Assembly (NCBI GenBank): GCA_963783375.1
Contig: CAWANH010000003.1
Location: 192,001 to 256,000 of the forward strand
Length of the DNA: 64,000 nt
Direction: 5' to 3'
From: Candidatus Eiseniibacteriota bacterium
GTDB lineage: Bacteria > Eisenbacteria > RBG-16-71-46 > JABDJR01
Below the pieces are notes generated by a model that made no database searches, was not told where the DNA came from, and saw only the letters and a list, made by a program, of their open reading frames with translations. The translations under genes and the position numbers were made by a program. Positions 1 through 9,190 of this stretch are shown here, piece after piece (position 1 is the stretch's first letter; each line of letters opens with the position of its first letter).

Positions 1-1
1 G

Positions 2-220
2 GTCGACTGGCGGCTGGCCCCTCCCGAGGAGCGCCGGGCCATGGACCCCGGCCGAACCGCCGCCCACAACGTGCTGATCGATGCCTGCAACATTCTGAGT
101 CGATACATGAACAACGCCGACATGAGCACGGATTGGCGGGACCGGCTCGGCACGGACCGGAAGGAGATCGGGGACTTCGCCTGCCACCTCCACGCCTTCC
201 TGGGGATCGAAGCCCGCTAG
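2..220 (+). CDS. 3' part of a small protein, DUF3232-like (5' end outside window)
   Basis: Manual translation of frame 2: VDWRLAPPEERRAMDPGRTAAHNVLIDACNILSRYM...LGTDRKEIGDFACHLHAFLGIEAR*; high GC3 codon pattern; the RT..H..I...NIL.R and RK.IGDFAC pattern recalls DUF3232. Confidence 0.6.
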   Translation, partial: VDWRLAPPEERRAMDPGRTAAHNVLIDACNILSRYMNNADMSTDWRDRLGTDRKEIGDFACHLHAFLGIEAR

Positions 221-444
221 GCTTCCAGCCGCCCCGAAAACGGCCCGCAGCCGGCCCCACGGCCGCATCGGTAACTGTCGCCGTCGCCTCACCCGGAGCC
301 CGCCGATGCGCGCGCGAACCCTCCCCCGCACCGTCCCCCCGAGCCCTGGCACCACCGCCCGGAATCGGCTATTCTCCCGCCGTTCCCGGCCACCACTCCC
401 GGGACCGGTTTCCCGGGCCAAGCCTCCCATAAAAGGAGCCCGCC

Positions 445-3240
445 ATGCCTCGTCGTCGTGTCCTTCTATCGGCGATCCTCGTGCTCTCCGCGCTCTCGGT
501 TCTTCCCCTCGCGGCCCGGTCCACGCCGGCCGGAAGCACGGATCTCCCCCAGCTCGACATCGACTTCTATACCCTTCCGAACGGGCTCCAGGTCATCCTC
601 TACCAGGATCACTCAACGCCCATCGTGGCGGTCAACACCTGGTACCACGTGGGATCCAAGAACGAGCGGCCGGGCCGGACCGGATTCGCCCACCTCTTCG
701 AGCACATGATGTTCCAGGGCTCCGAGCACCATGACGACGAGTACTTCGGCCCGCTCCAGTCGGTGGGGGCGCAGCTCAACGGCTCCACCAGCGAGGACCG
801 CACCAACTACTGGCAGGTGGTTCCGCGAAACCACCTCCAGCGGGTGCTCATGATGGAGTCCGACCGGATGGGGTGGCTCCTCCCGGCCATGACCGAGGAG
901 AAGTTCAAGAACCAGCAGGACGTGGTGCGGAACGAGCGCCGCCAGAGCGAGGGCCGCCCCTACGCGGTCTATCGGTTGAACGCCAACCAGGCCATCTTTC
1001 CCAAGGGACATCCCTACGATCACAGCGTGATCGGCTCCCACGAGGACCTCGAGGCCGCCTCCCTGGAGGACGTGAAGGACTTCTTCCGCACCTATTACAC
1101 GCCGAACAACGCGACCCTCTGCATCGCCGGCGATTTCGATCCCGACCGCACCAGGAAGTGGATCGAGGAATACTACGGGGAGATTCCCCCGGGTCCGCCG
1201 ATCGCGGAGACCGAGGTCTGGGTGCCCACCCTCGACCACGAGAAGCGGGTGCGGCTCGAGGACCGGGTCCAGCTCACCCGCCTCTACTACGTCTGGCCCT
1301 CGGCCGCCGCGTATCGCTCCGGGGACGCCGAGCTGAACCTGGCCGCCACCATCCTCGGCCGGGGGAAGACCAGCCGCCTCTACCGCCGCCTGGTTCACGA
1401 CACCCGGCTCGCCCAGGACGTCTACGCCCGCCAGGACCCCGGCCAGGTGTGCTCGACCTTCAACCTCCAGATCACCCTCCGCCCCGAGGCCACGGTGGCC
1501 GGGGTGGAGAAGATCCTCGACGAGGAGCTGGCCCGCTTCCGCGCCGACGGCCCCACCGCCGGCGAACTCTCCCGGGCGCAGAACGACTTCGAGGCCTCGT
1601 TCTTGAAGGGGCTCCAGCGGGTGGGCTCGTGGGGATCGATCAGCGATCGGTTGAACCGATACAACCACTACACCGGCTCCCCGGACTACCTCCAGAAGGA
1701 CTACGACCGCTTCATGAACGCGACCCCGGCCTCGGTGCGCGCGGCCTTCGCGGAATGGGTCGGCGCCGGCCGGGTGGTGTTCCAGGTGGACCCGCGCGGG
1801 AAGCTCGCCGCCGAGGCCCCCTCCGGGGTGGACCGCGTTACCCTGCCCGCCGGCGACCCCGATCCGAAGCTGGAGCTTCCGCCGGTGGAGCGGGCGTCCC
1901 TCCCCAACGGACTCGATCTCATGGTGATGGAGCAGCACGAGCTTCCACTGGTCCAGGTCGAGGTGCTCTTCCGCTCCGGGCCGAGCAGCGACCCGGAAGG
2001 TAAGAGCGGCCTGGCCGATCTCACCGGAAACCTCCTCACCGCCGGCGCCGGGAAGCTCGACGCCTTCGCCTTCGCCGACGCCCTGGAACGGCTCGGCACC
2101 GATCTCTCGGTCCGGACCGAACCCGACTACACCATGATCTCGATGACCACGCTCAAGAAGCACCTGGACGCGTCGATGGGTCTTCTCGCCGATGCGATCC
2201 TCCGCGCCTCCTTCACCGCGGACGAGTTCAAGCGGGAGAAGGAGCGCCGCCTCCTCAACATCCGGCGCGAAGCGGAAGACCCCAACACCACCGCGAGCAA
2301 GGTGGCGGCGAGGGTCCTGTTCGGCGACGGCCACCCCTACAGCCGGCGATCGACCGGCACCGAGGCCTCGGTGGAGGCGATCACCCTGGACGACGTGAAG
2401 CACTTCGCCCAAACCCATTACACGCCGGCCAATGCCGTATTGATCGGCGTAGGGGACCTCACCGCCGCGGAGATGAAGGAGAGCGCCTCGCATTTCCTGG
2501 GCGCGTGGTCCGGCGACGCGCCGCCGGCCCCCGTCTTCCCCGAGATCCCCGCCCGCACCGGGAGGGAGGTCTACCTGGTGGACAAGCCCGGGGACTCCCA
2601 GTCCACCATCCGCGTGGTCCACGCCGGGGTGGCGCGAGACGACGCCGACTGGTACCGGATCGCGGTGGCCAACCGCATCCTGGGCGGGTTCTTCTCCAGC
2701 CGGCTGAACCTGAACCTCCGCGAGGACAAGGGCTATACCTACGGGGCACGCTCCCGCTTCGGGCGGACGGTGAACCCCGGCGGCTTCACCATGTCGGCCC
2801 GGGTCCAGACCGAGGTCACCGCCCCCGCCCTCACCGAGTTCGTGAAGGAGCTGGACGGCATCCACGGCGCCCGGCCGGTGACCGCCGACGAGCTGGCCTT
2901 CGCCGAGAACTCGATCGTCCTGGGCTACCCCGCCGCCTTCGAGACCAACGCCGGCCTCGCCGACGCGTTGACCCGCCAGGTGGCCTACGGCCTTCCCGAG
3001 GACGAACCCGCCACCTACCCCGACCGCGTCCGCGCGGTGACCCTGGACGACGCGAACGCGGCGGGACGCGAGTACTTCCGCCCCGACCAGGCGGCCATCG
3101 TGGTGGTCGGGGACCTGGCCAGGATCGAGGACTCGGTGCGGGCCCTGAATCTCGGACCGATCCATCATCTCGACGCGGACGGAAACGAGCTGGACGGCGG
3201 GGAGGGCGGCTCGGAGGGGAATCCAGGGGCCCGGGACTAG
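445..3240 (+). CDS. M16 (pitrilysin/PqqL-like) zinc metallopeptidase, two-domain, secreted
   Basis: 931 aa; signal peptide; HxxEH (HLFEH) in N-half; inactive C-half with LREDKGYTY R/Y motif; AAAGGAG RBS upstream. Confidence 0.93.
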   Translation: MPRRRVLLSAILVLSALSVLPLAARSTPAGSTDLPQLDIDFYTLPNGLQVILYQDHSTPIVAVNTWYHVGSKNERPGRTGFAHLFEHMMFQGSEHHDDEYFGPLQSVGAQLNGSTSEDRTNYWQVVPRNHLQRVLMMESDRMGWLLPAMTEEKFKNQQDVVRNERRQSEGRPYAVYRLNANQAIFPKGHPYDHSVIGSHEDLEAASLEDVKDFFRTYYTPNNATLCIAGDFDPDRTRKWIEEYYGEIPPGPPIAETEVWVPTLDHEKRVRLEDRVQLTRLYYVWPSAAAYRSGDAELNLAATILGRGKTSRLYRRLVHDTRLAQDVYARQDPGQVCSTFNLQITLRPEATVAGVEKILDEELARFRADGPTAGELSRAQNDFEASFLKGLQRVGSWGSISDRLNRYNHYTGSPDYLQKDYDRFMNATPASVRAAFAEWVGAGRVVFQVDPRGKLAAEAPSGVDRVTLPAGDPDPKLELPPVERASLPNGLDLMVMEQHELPLVQVEVLFRSGPSSDPEGKSGLADLTGNLLTAGAGKLDAFAFADALERLGTDLSVRTEPDYTMISMTTLKKHLDASMGLLADAILRASFTADEFKREKERRLLNIRREAEDPNTTASKVAARVLFGDGHPYSRRSTGTEASVEAITLDDVKHFAQTHYTPANAVLIGVGDLTAAEMKESASHFLGAWSGDAPPAPVFPEIPARTGREVYLVDKPGDSQSTIRVVHAGVARDDADWYRIAVANRILGGFFSSRLNLNLREDKGYTYGARSRFGRTVNPGGFTMSARVQTEVTAPALTEFVKELDGIHGARPVTADELAFAENSIVLGYPAAFETNAGLADALTRQVAYGLPEDEPATYPDRVRAVTLDDANAAGREYFRPDQAAIVVVGDLARIEDSVRALNLGPIHHLDADGNELDGGEGGSEGNPGARD

Positions 3241-3258
3241 ACCGACCCTAGACCGACC
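3237..3258. repeat. 11-bp tandem duplication CTAGACCGACC x2 spanning the peptidase stop codon
   Basis: Read directly from the sequence. Confidence 0.7.
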
Positions 3259-3411
3259 CGTGCTGCGGTCCAGGGGCGGCCGGGATGCCGTCCCGGAGGG
3301 CTGACCGAGAGCGCGTCGATGATCTCGGCGATCCCGCCCGGGTAGCCCAAGGTCGGCGGCATCGCCTCCGTCCGCTCGACCCACGGCGGCCGGGCTCTTG
3401 CCGGACCTCTG

Positions 3412-3981
3412 CTACTGGCCCGGCTCCGCCGGGGTCTCCGCCCCGCCGGCGTCGTCACCGGGGACGGGGTAGTCGTGCCACTCCTCGATCACCCAGCGCG
3501 ACCCGGGTTTCTTCCCCCCCACCGGAGCCATGACCAGCTCCTGGCGGTTCAGGGTGACCTTCATCGGTTCCTTGTTCCGGACCACCACCGTCATCTCGCC
3601 GCCGGCGATCGGGACCACCATCCAGCCCTGGTGGTCGGGGTCGGGATGGGCCGGGCCCGCCTCCAGGCTGTAGGAGAGGCTCTCCACGTCCTGGGTCTTG
3701 TAGAGGTTGCTGGTGGCCACCACCTCCTCTTCCTTCCCCCAGCCCAGGACGTCGGCGGAATCGGCTCCGGCGGGCTCGAAGTAATAGCGGAAGTCGTCGG
3801 CCAGGAGCGAGGCGTAGAGGCTGTCGTCGCGGGTCTGGTAGGCGTGCATGATGCCATCCACCACCTTCTCAGGGGAGGAGGCCCAGGCCGCCTCGGGATC
3901 GGCGGGTTGCTTCTCGCTCTTCTTGCCGCACCCCACGACCAGGAGGGCCGCACCCAGGAATAAGATGACCCATCGCTTCAT
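3412..3981 (-). CDS. Hypothetical lipoprotein, possible NTF2/SnoaL-like fold
   Basis: Start MKRWVILFLGAALLVVGC (lipobox) at 3981 with AAGGAA RBS; 4-nt overlap with rdgB stop; SPEKVV...YASLLADDFRY pattern. Confidence 0.7.
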   Translation of the reverse strand: MKRWVILFLGAALLVVGCGKKSEKQPADPEAAWASSPEKVVDGIMHAYQTRDDSLYASLLADDFRYYFEPAGADSADVLGWGKEEEVVATSNLYKTQDVESLSYSLEAGPAHPDPDHQGWMVVPIAGGEMTVVVRNKEPMKVTLNRQELVMAPVGGKKPGSRWVIEEWHDYPVPGDDAGGAETPAEPGQ

Positions 3982-4592
3982 GGACGTTCCTTTTCGGCCG
4001 ACCCGGCCAGGTAACCCCGGAGCGCGGTCAGGGCCCGCCCGCGGTGGCTCAACCCGTGCTTTTCCTCCGCGCTCATCTCGGCGAAGGTCCGCCCCGTCTC
4101 GTCCGCTTCGAAGAGGGGATCGTAACCGAATCCCCCCGTCCCCCGCTTTCCGGTGGTGATGTGGCCGCGGACCGAACCCTCGAAGACCCGCTCCGCCCCC
4201 CCGGGGTGGACCAGGGCGATCGCGCACCGAAAGGCCGCCCCCCGCCGCTCCCGGGGCACCCCCTCCAGCGCGGCCAAGAGTTTAACGCAATTGGCCGCCG
4301 AATCCCCCTCCGGACCGGCGTAGCGGGCGCTCCGGACCCCCGGGAGCCCCCCCAGGGCGTCCACGAAGAGCCCGGTGTCGTCGGCCAGGGTGGGCAGCCC
4401 CCCGGCCTTCGCCCCCGCCCGGGCCTTCTCGAGGGCGTTGGCCTCCAGGGTCTCCCCGTCCTCCTCCACCCCGGCCGGCCACCCGACCTCCGAGGGAGAG
4501 ACCACCTCGATCCCGGTTCCGGCCAGGATCTGGCGGATTTCCTCCAGCTTGTGCCGGTTTCCGGTGGCGGCCAGGATCCGCGCGATCCGCAC
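3978..4592 (-). CDS. rdgB: Non-canonical purine NTP pyrophosphatase (RdgB/HAM1)
   Basis: ATGNRHK, EEDGETLEANALEKA, ADDTGLFVDALGGLPGVRSARYAG, GFGYDPLF, SHRGRA; GTG start at 4592. Confidence 0.93.
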   Translation of the reverse strand: MRIARILAATGNRHKLEEIRQILAGTGIEVVSPSEVGWPAGVEEDGETLEANALEKARAGAKAGGLPTLADDTGLFVDALGGLPGVRSARYAGPEGDSAANCVKLLAALEGVPRERRGAAFRCAIALVHPGGAERVFEGSVRGHITTGKRGTGGFGYDPLFEADETGRTFAEMSAEEKHGLSHRGRALTALRGYLAGSAEKERP

Positions 4593-4597
4593 CCGGC

Positions 4598-5335
4598 CTA
4601 GCCCCGCGGCTCGCCCGGGATCCCCAGGGCCTCGCACTGGAGCCGGTAGAGATCCCGGCAGCCCGCCCCGGCCAGATCCAGCATGCGATCCAGGGCCTCC
4701 CGGTCGAAGGGCAGCCCCTCGGCCGTTCCCTGCACCTCCACGAAGCGGCCGGCCCCGGTCTGGACCACGTTCAGGTCCACGTCGGCCCGGGAGTCCTCCT
4801 CGTAGCAGAGATCGAGAACCACATCGGACTTCAACATCCCCACGCTCACCGCCGAGACCAGGTCCCGCATGGGATGGTAGGGGATCTTCTCCTGGTTCAC
4901 CAACCAGGTGAACGCCTGGTGCAGGGCCACGCAGGCCCCGGTCACCGAGGCCGTCCGGGTCCCCCCGTCCGCCTCGATCACGTCGCAGTCCAGGATCACC
5001 GTGCGGTCGCCCACGCTCTTCAAATCGGTCACCGCCCGGAGCGAGCGTCCGATCATGCGCTGGATCTCCAGGGTCCGCCCGCCCTGGCGCCCCTTGGCGG
5101 CTTCGCGTTGCATGCGATCGGTGGTGGAGCGGGGAAGCATGCCATACTCCGCAGTCACCCATCCCCGCCCGGAGCCCTTCAGGAACATCGGCACCCGTTC
5201 GTCCACCGAGGCCGCGCACACCACTACCGTGTCCCCCACCGTGATCCGCGCCGAGCCCTCGGCGTTCCGGAGCACCCCGGTCTCGATCCGGGTGGGGCGG
5301 AGCTGGTCGGCCGTTCTTCCGTCGCTTCGGGTCAT
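4598..5335 (-). CDS. rph: Ribonuclease PH
   Basis: MTRSDGRTADQLRP, GWVTAEYGMLPRST, GGRTLEIQRMIGRSLR, ADGGTRTA, VEVQGTAEG. Confidence 0.96.
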   Translation of the reverse strand: MTRSDGRTADQLRPTRIETGVLRNAEGSARITVGDTVVVCAASVDERVPMFLKGSGRGWVTAEYGMLPRSTTDRMQREAAKGRQGGRTLEIQRMIGRSLRAVTDLKSVGDRTVILDCDVIEADGGTRTASVTGACVALHQAFTWLVNQEKIPYHPMRDLVSAVSVGMLKSDVVLDLCYEEDSRADVDLNVVQTGAGRFVEVQGTAEGLPFDREALDRMLDLAGAGCRDLYRLQCEALGIPGEPRG

Positions 5336-6258
5336 GGTGTCTCCTCCTCGGAGGCGCCGGTCGCCCCGCGTTGGTTGTCGGCGGCTCCGCGGGGAACCTC
5401 GTCCGCCGGGCGGCCGTTCTCCGCCGCCGGCCGGTCGTACCACGGAATGTCGGACTGGTTGACCGGCTCCACCCGGCCGAGAATGGCCTCGCCCAGGAAG
5501 CGGCGCCCCTCGGCGTGGAATCGCTCCGGCTGATCGCTCACGAAGAACCGGTGCCGCGCCGGGGTCTCGGTGGGCGGCGCGAGAAGATCCAGACCGGCGA
5601 GGTGGGCGGAAACCTCCTCGGCCACCGCCTCCCCCGAATCGATCAGGCTCACCCCCTCCCCCATCACCTCGCCGATCACGCGCCGGAGCAGCGGGTAGTG
5701 GGTGCAGCCCAGGATCACGCTGTCCACCCCGGCGTCGCGAAGGGGGGCCAGGTACTCCTCGGCCACCCGGCGGGTCACCGGGTGATCGATCCAGCCCTCC
5801 TCCACCAGCGGCACGAAGAGCGGGCAGGCGGCCGAGGTCACCGTCACGTCCGGACGCCGGCGGGCCAGGGCGGCATCGTAGCATCCGGAGCCGACGGTGG
5901 CCCGGGTGCCGATCACCCCCACGCGTCCGTTCCGGGTGGTCTCGACCGCGCGCGCGGCGCCGGCCTCCACCACCCCCAGAACCGGCACCGAGGCCTCGGC
6001 GATGAGCGCGTCCAGGGCCAGGGCCGACGCGCTGTTGCAGGCCACCACCAATGCCTTGATCCCGAAGTGCTGGAGGAAGCGCAGGGCCTCCACCGAGAGC
6101 CGGGTCACCGTGGACTTGGACTTGTTCCCGTAGGGGAGCCGGGCGGTGTCCCCGAAGTAGATCAGCCGCTCGGCGGGCAGATGCCGGGCCAGGGCGTGAA
6201 CCACGGTGAGCCCGCCCAGGCCCGAGTCGAACACCCCCAGCGGGGAGCCGGCTACCAC
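5332..6258 (-). CDS. murI: Glutamate racemase
   Basis: GVFDSGLGGLTV, GDTARLPYG, VACNSASA, LGCTHYP; GTG start overlapping the GerMN stop. Confidence 0.95.
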   Translation of the reverse strand: MVAGSPLGVFDSGLGGLTVVHALARHLPAERLIYFGDTARLPYGNKSKSTVTRLSVEALRFLQHFGIKALVVACNSASALALDALIAEASVPVLGVVEAGAARAVETTRNGRVGVIGTRATVGSGCYDAALARRRPDVTVTSAACPLFVPLVEEGWIDHPVTRRVAEEYLAPLRDAGVDSVILGCTHYPLLRRVIGEVMGEGVSLIDSGEAVAEEVSAHLAGLDLLAPPTETPARHRFFVSDQPERFHAEGRRFLGEAILGRVEPVNQSDIPWYDRPAAENGRPADEVPRGAADNQRGATGASEEETP

Positions 6259-6803
6259 GCGTTCACCTCCAGCACCGGCCCCGGGCGCAGGTGCTCGCCC
6301 CACCGGTCCAGGGGCTGGCCGTTCACCAGGAGCCGGATGCGCTCCACCCCGCCCAGGCTCTCGGCCAGGGTGCGGGTCAGGGCCGATAGCTTCAGCCGCT
6401 CCTCCAGGATCCCGACCGCCCGGACATCCCGGATCGCCTGGTCGAAGTCCAGCACCGCCTCGCCGTTTCCGTCCTCGAAGAAGTGGAGGAGTTTCACTCC
6501 CTCGGGAAGCGCGGGCCGGGTCCCCTCCCCCGGCTCCGACAGGAACGCCACCAGTTCCTCGGCCAGGGCCTTCCGGTCCGATCCGGAGAGCACCTCCCGC
6601 TCGCGGGGGGCCAGGCTTAGGGAGTCGGGATCCAGGTAGTACACGGTCACCGCCTGAAGGGCGGCTCCCCGCTCGCTCAGATCGAGGCGATAACGCAGGC
6701 TCTGGGGTTCCCGGATGAGACGCACGCTCACGAAGAGCGCCACCGCGGCGATCACCACCGCCGCGCTTCCCGCGATCCACCAGGCGCGCCGGGAGAGCTT
6801 CAC
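6252..6803 (-). CDS. GerMN domain-containing protein
   Basis: N-terminal TM; LAPREREV, PALPEGVKL, AVLDF, E...ALTRTL..V.RIRLLVNG; usual amidase-GerMN-murI context. Confidence 0.8.
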   Translation of the reverse strand: MKLSRRAWWIAGSAAVVIAAVALFVSVRLIREPQSLRYRLDLSERGAALQAVTVYYLDPDSLSLAPREREVLSGSDRKALAEELVAFLSEPGEGTRPALPEGVKLLHFFEDGNGEAVLDFDQAIRDVRAVGILEERLKLSALTRTLAESLGGVERIRLLVNGQPLDRWGEHLRPGPVLEVNAW

Positions 6804-8263
6804 CGCCCCTCCTCCCCGGAGAGGAGGTAGAGCCGGAGCCCCTCCACGATCCCGTCCGCGGCCCGGTCGAGCATCTGGTCGTTCACGGGCGCGTCGCCGT
6901 CCCCCATCCCCAGTTCAAGGAGCACGGCCGGCATGGTCGCCCCCTGGAGCTGGGCCAGATCCTCGGCCCGCACCCCTTCCACGTCCTGGTCCAGCCGTCC
7001 GGCCACCGCGTCGACCACGGTCCGGGCGAGAAGACGGCTCGAGGCGATGTAGGGGACCTGGCCGGAGGCGAAGGAGTGGAAGCCCAGGGTGGCCAGCTCC
7101 GGCGGCACCGTCCCTTCCCGCCGCTCCAGATCGGCCACGAAGGCCGCGGGTCCCCCGGGCCGGTCGTGAATGTGGATGGAGAGAAGCACGTCGGCGTGAT
7201 TCCGGTCGGCGATCCCCGCCCGCGCCGCCGCGTTGGGGTCGGTGGTCTCGTCCCGGGTGAGGACCGGGTCCACTCCCAGATCCTCGCGGAGCCTCGCCGC
7301 CACGCGAAGGCACAGGTCGTAGGTCAGCTCGGCCTCGGTCTTGTCGCCGATCCGCGCCCCCGGGTCCCCGGCGCCGTGCCCGGGGTCCAGAGCGGCCACC
7401 CGGAGCGAGACGGGGACCAGATTCCGGGCGGTGGAGAACGGCCGGAGCGTCCCCTCGCGGAGATCGCGCTCGTCGGTGCCCAGGAACACGTGCAGGGTCC
7501 GGTCGTTGGGCGTGGAGATCCGGTAGCCCACCGCGCCGCTTCCCGGCGAGAAGCTCACCTCGAGGCCGTCGGGGAGGTTCCGGATGCGAAGCCCCTGGAA
7601 CCACTCGTGCTCGCTGGGGAGCGGGTAGAGAAGTGGGTCGTACTCCAGGCCGCCGATCCGGAGCACGAACGAGGCGCGCTCGGACCGGGTGAGATCGTAG
7701 CGGATGGGTACATCGGCGCTCAGGGAGAGCCGGAAGCCGTCGGGGACGGGATCGATCCTCGCCCCGCTCACCACCCCCTCGTGCTTGGAGGCGGAGAGCC
7801 GGTTCCGCTCCCGGGAGTAGAAGAGCGGGAGCTCCACCCAGGGCCGGGGGCGGCCGTCCTCGGCCACCAGGAGATCCAGGGGGAGCATCATGCGCCCTTC
7901 CCACAGGAAGGCGGCCCCGGGAAGATGGATCAGATGGTCCCCGTCCACCACCGCGATATCGGAGCCGTCGGTCACCGCCACCTCGTGGCGGGGAAGGCCG
8001 AGGGTCAGCCGCCCCAGCTCGGGCCGCCAGTACTGAACCGCGTCCAGGAGCACGGCCAGGTCGGTGCCCGAGAGGTAGATCGCCCCGTCCCGTTCCCATC
8101 CGGTGGCCATCCGGGGCGCCCCTCGGACCGGGATGAGCTGGAGCGGGACGGGAATGGACCCGGGAGGCGGTTCGGCGGACGCGCGTCCGGAGAAGAGACC
8201 CAGCGCCAGGGCGATCAGCCAGGCGCCGAGCGTGATCCTGCCGAGGCTCCCGGGCCGCCTCAC
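6800..8263 (-). CDS. N-acetylmuramoyl-L-alanine amidase (Amidase_3) with N-terminal accessory domains
   Basis: LDPGHGAGDPGA, EAELT, LSIH, MPAVLLELG; signal peptide. Confidence 0.85.
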   Translation of the reverse strand: MRRPGSLGRITLGAWLIALALGLFSGRASAEPPPGSIPVPLQLIPVRGAPRMATGWERDGAIYLSGTDLAVLLDAVQYWRPELGRLTLGLPRHEVAVTDGSDIAVVDGDHLIHLPGAAFLWEGRMMLPLDLLVAEDGRPRPWVELPLFYSRERNRLSASKHEGVVSGARIDPVPDGFRLSLSADVPIRYDLTRSERASFVLRIGGLEYDPLLYPLPSEHEWFQGLRIRNLPDGLEVSFSPGSGAVGYRISTPNDRTLHVFLGTDERDLREGTLRPFSTARNLVPVSLRVAALDPGHGAGDPGARIGDKTEAELTYDLCLRVAARLREDLGVDPVLTRDETTDPNAAARAGIADRNHADVLLSIHIHDRPGGPAAFVADLERREGTVPPELATLGFHSFASGQVPYIASSRLLARTVVDAVAGRLDQDVEGVRAEDLAQLQGATMPAVLLELGMGDGDAPVNDQMLDRAADGIVEGLRLYLLSGEEGR

Positions 8264-8763
8264 TGCCGCTTCCGACTCATGGCGCGCGCCATTTCCCGCT
8301 CGGCGTCCCGCTTGGCCATGTCTTCACGCTTGTCGTGAGCCTTCTTTCCCTTGGCCAGACCCATCTCCACCTTGGCCCACCCGCCGCGGAAGTAGATGCG
8401 GAGCGGGATCAGGGTCAGCCCCTTCTCCTTGATCTTCCCGATCAGGCGGCGGATCTCGCGGCGGGAAAGGAGGAGCTTTCGCCGGCGGAGCGGTTCGTGG
8501 TTGGCCCGGTTTCCATGATCGTAGGGGCTCACGTGCAGGTTCAGGAGCCAGACCTCCCCGTCCTCGACGGTCGCGTAGGCGTCTCCGAGGTTGGCCTTGC
8601 CGTTCCGGAGCGACTTGACCTCGGTCCCGGTCAACACCAGTCCCGCCTCCACCGTCTCCAGGATGTGATAGAGGTGCCTCGCCTTGCGGTTCTGGGCCAC
8701 ATTCTTGATCTCGCCCTTGGTTCCGGGACCGGGGGTCCGGGGACCGGACGGCTTCTCTGCCAC
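8260..8763 (-). CDS. smpB: SsrA-binding protein SmpB
   Basis: NRKARH.Y, EAGLVLTGTEVKSLR, NHEPLRRRKLLL, LAKGKKAHDKRE; GTG start at 8763 with GAGAGAGG upstream. Confidence 0.96.
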   Translation of the reverse strand: MAEKPSGPRTPGPGTKGEIKNVAQNRKARHLYHILETVEAGLVLTGTEVKSLRNGKANLGDAYATVEDGEVWLLNLHVSPYDHGNRANHEPLRRRKLLLSRREIRRLIGKIKEKGLTLIPLRIYFRGGWAKVEMGLAKGKKAHDKREDMAKRDAEREMARAMSRKRQ

Positions 8764-8866
8764 GGTGTGCCTCTCTCCGGCAATCTGGTGGAGCCCGGGA
8801 TCCGGAGGCCGCCGCGGACTCCCGGGAACGGGCGGGGCGGATCCCCGGGTCCGGCCCGGACGGAAA

Positions 8867-8895
8867 ACCTTACCGGTCGCCGGGAGCGGGGGCAA
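8867..8895 (-). promoter_or_regulatory. Putative sigma70 promoter for the smpB operon
   Basis: TTGCCC-N17-TAAGGT on minus strand. Confidence 0.45.
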
Positions 8896-8994
8896 GCGGG
8901 CGGTTTTTTCGGGATTTGGCCGGTTCGACCCCCCGGAGTCCGGCCCGGGGGCGACAATCCGCCCCCACCGACGGTCCCCGGCGGCTCCCGAGGA

Positions 8995-9023
8995 TTGACA
9001 CCCGTCCCCGCAGAGGATACGCT
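8995..9023 (+). promoter_or_regulatory. sigma70 promoter for tRNA-Leu
   Basis: TTGACA-N17-TACGCT, 23 nt before the tRNA. Confidence 0.7.
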
Positions 9024-9046
9024 CCGTCGTCCCTGATTGATTGGCA

Positions 9047-9133
9047 GCGGAAGTGGCGGAATTGGTAGACGCGCTGGGTTCAGGGTCCAGTGGTGGCAAC
9101 GCCGTGGGGGTTCAAATCCCCCCTTCCGCACCA
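9047..9133 (+). tRNA. tRNA-Leu (anticodon CAG)
   Basis: GCGGAAG/CTTCCGC acceptor stem, D arm GGCGGAATTGGTAGACGC, anticodon arm CTGGG-TTCAGGG-TCCAG, long variable arm, GGGGGTTCAAATCCCCC T arm, encoded CCA. Confidence 0.97.
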
Positions 9134-9190
9134 TCATCACCCCTCGTCCATCCGGGGACGCCCCGCTCCGGAAACTGCCCGGCGCCCGAA

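Noticed and set aside
613-3384. Very long antisense or alternate-frame ORFs (also 25491-28253, 39503-42496, 57111-60911, 57739-60252)
   Set aside because: Shadows of well-supported genes; stop codons are scarce at this GC content and the translations carry no motifs
8786-8850. Minus-strand GGGCTCCACCA in the smpB leader resembling a tmRNA 3' end
   Set aside because: No T-loop, an imperfect acceptor stem and far too short for tmRNA; plausible by chance
8918-8940. GGTTCGACCCC T-loop-like string upstream of tRNA-Leu
   Set aside because: Flanking stem does not pair and no cloverleaf forms
9041-9190. N-terminal extension of the MFS ORF
   Set aside because: It translates the tRNA gene; the real start is downstream, near 9191
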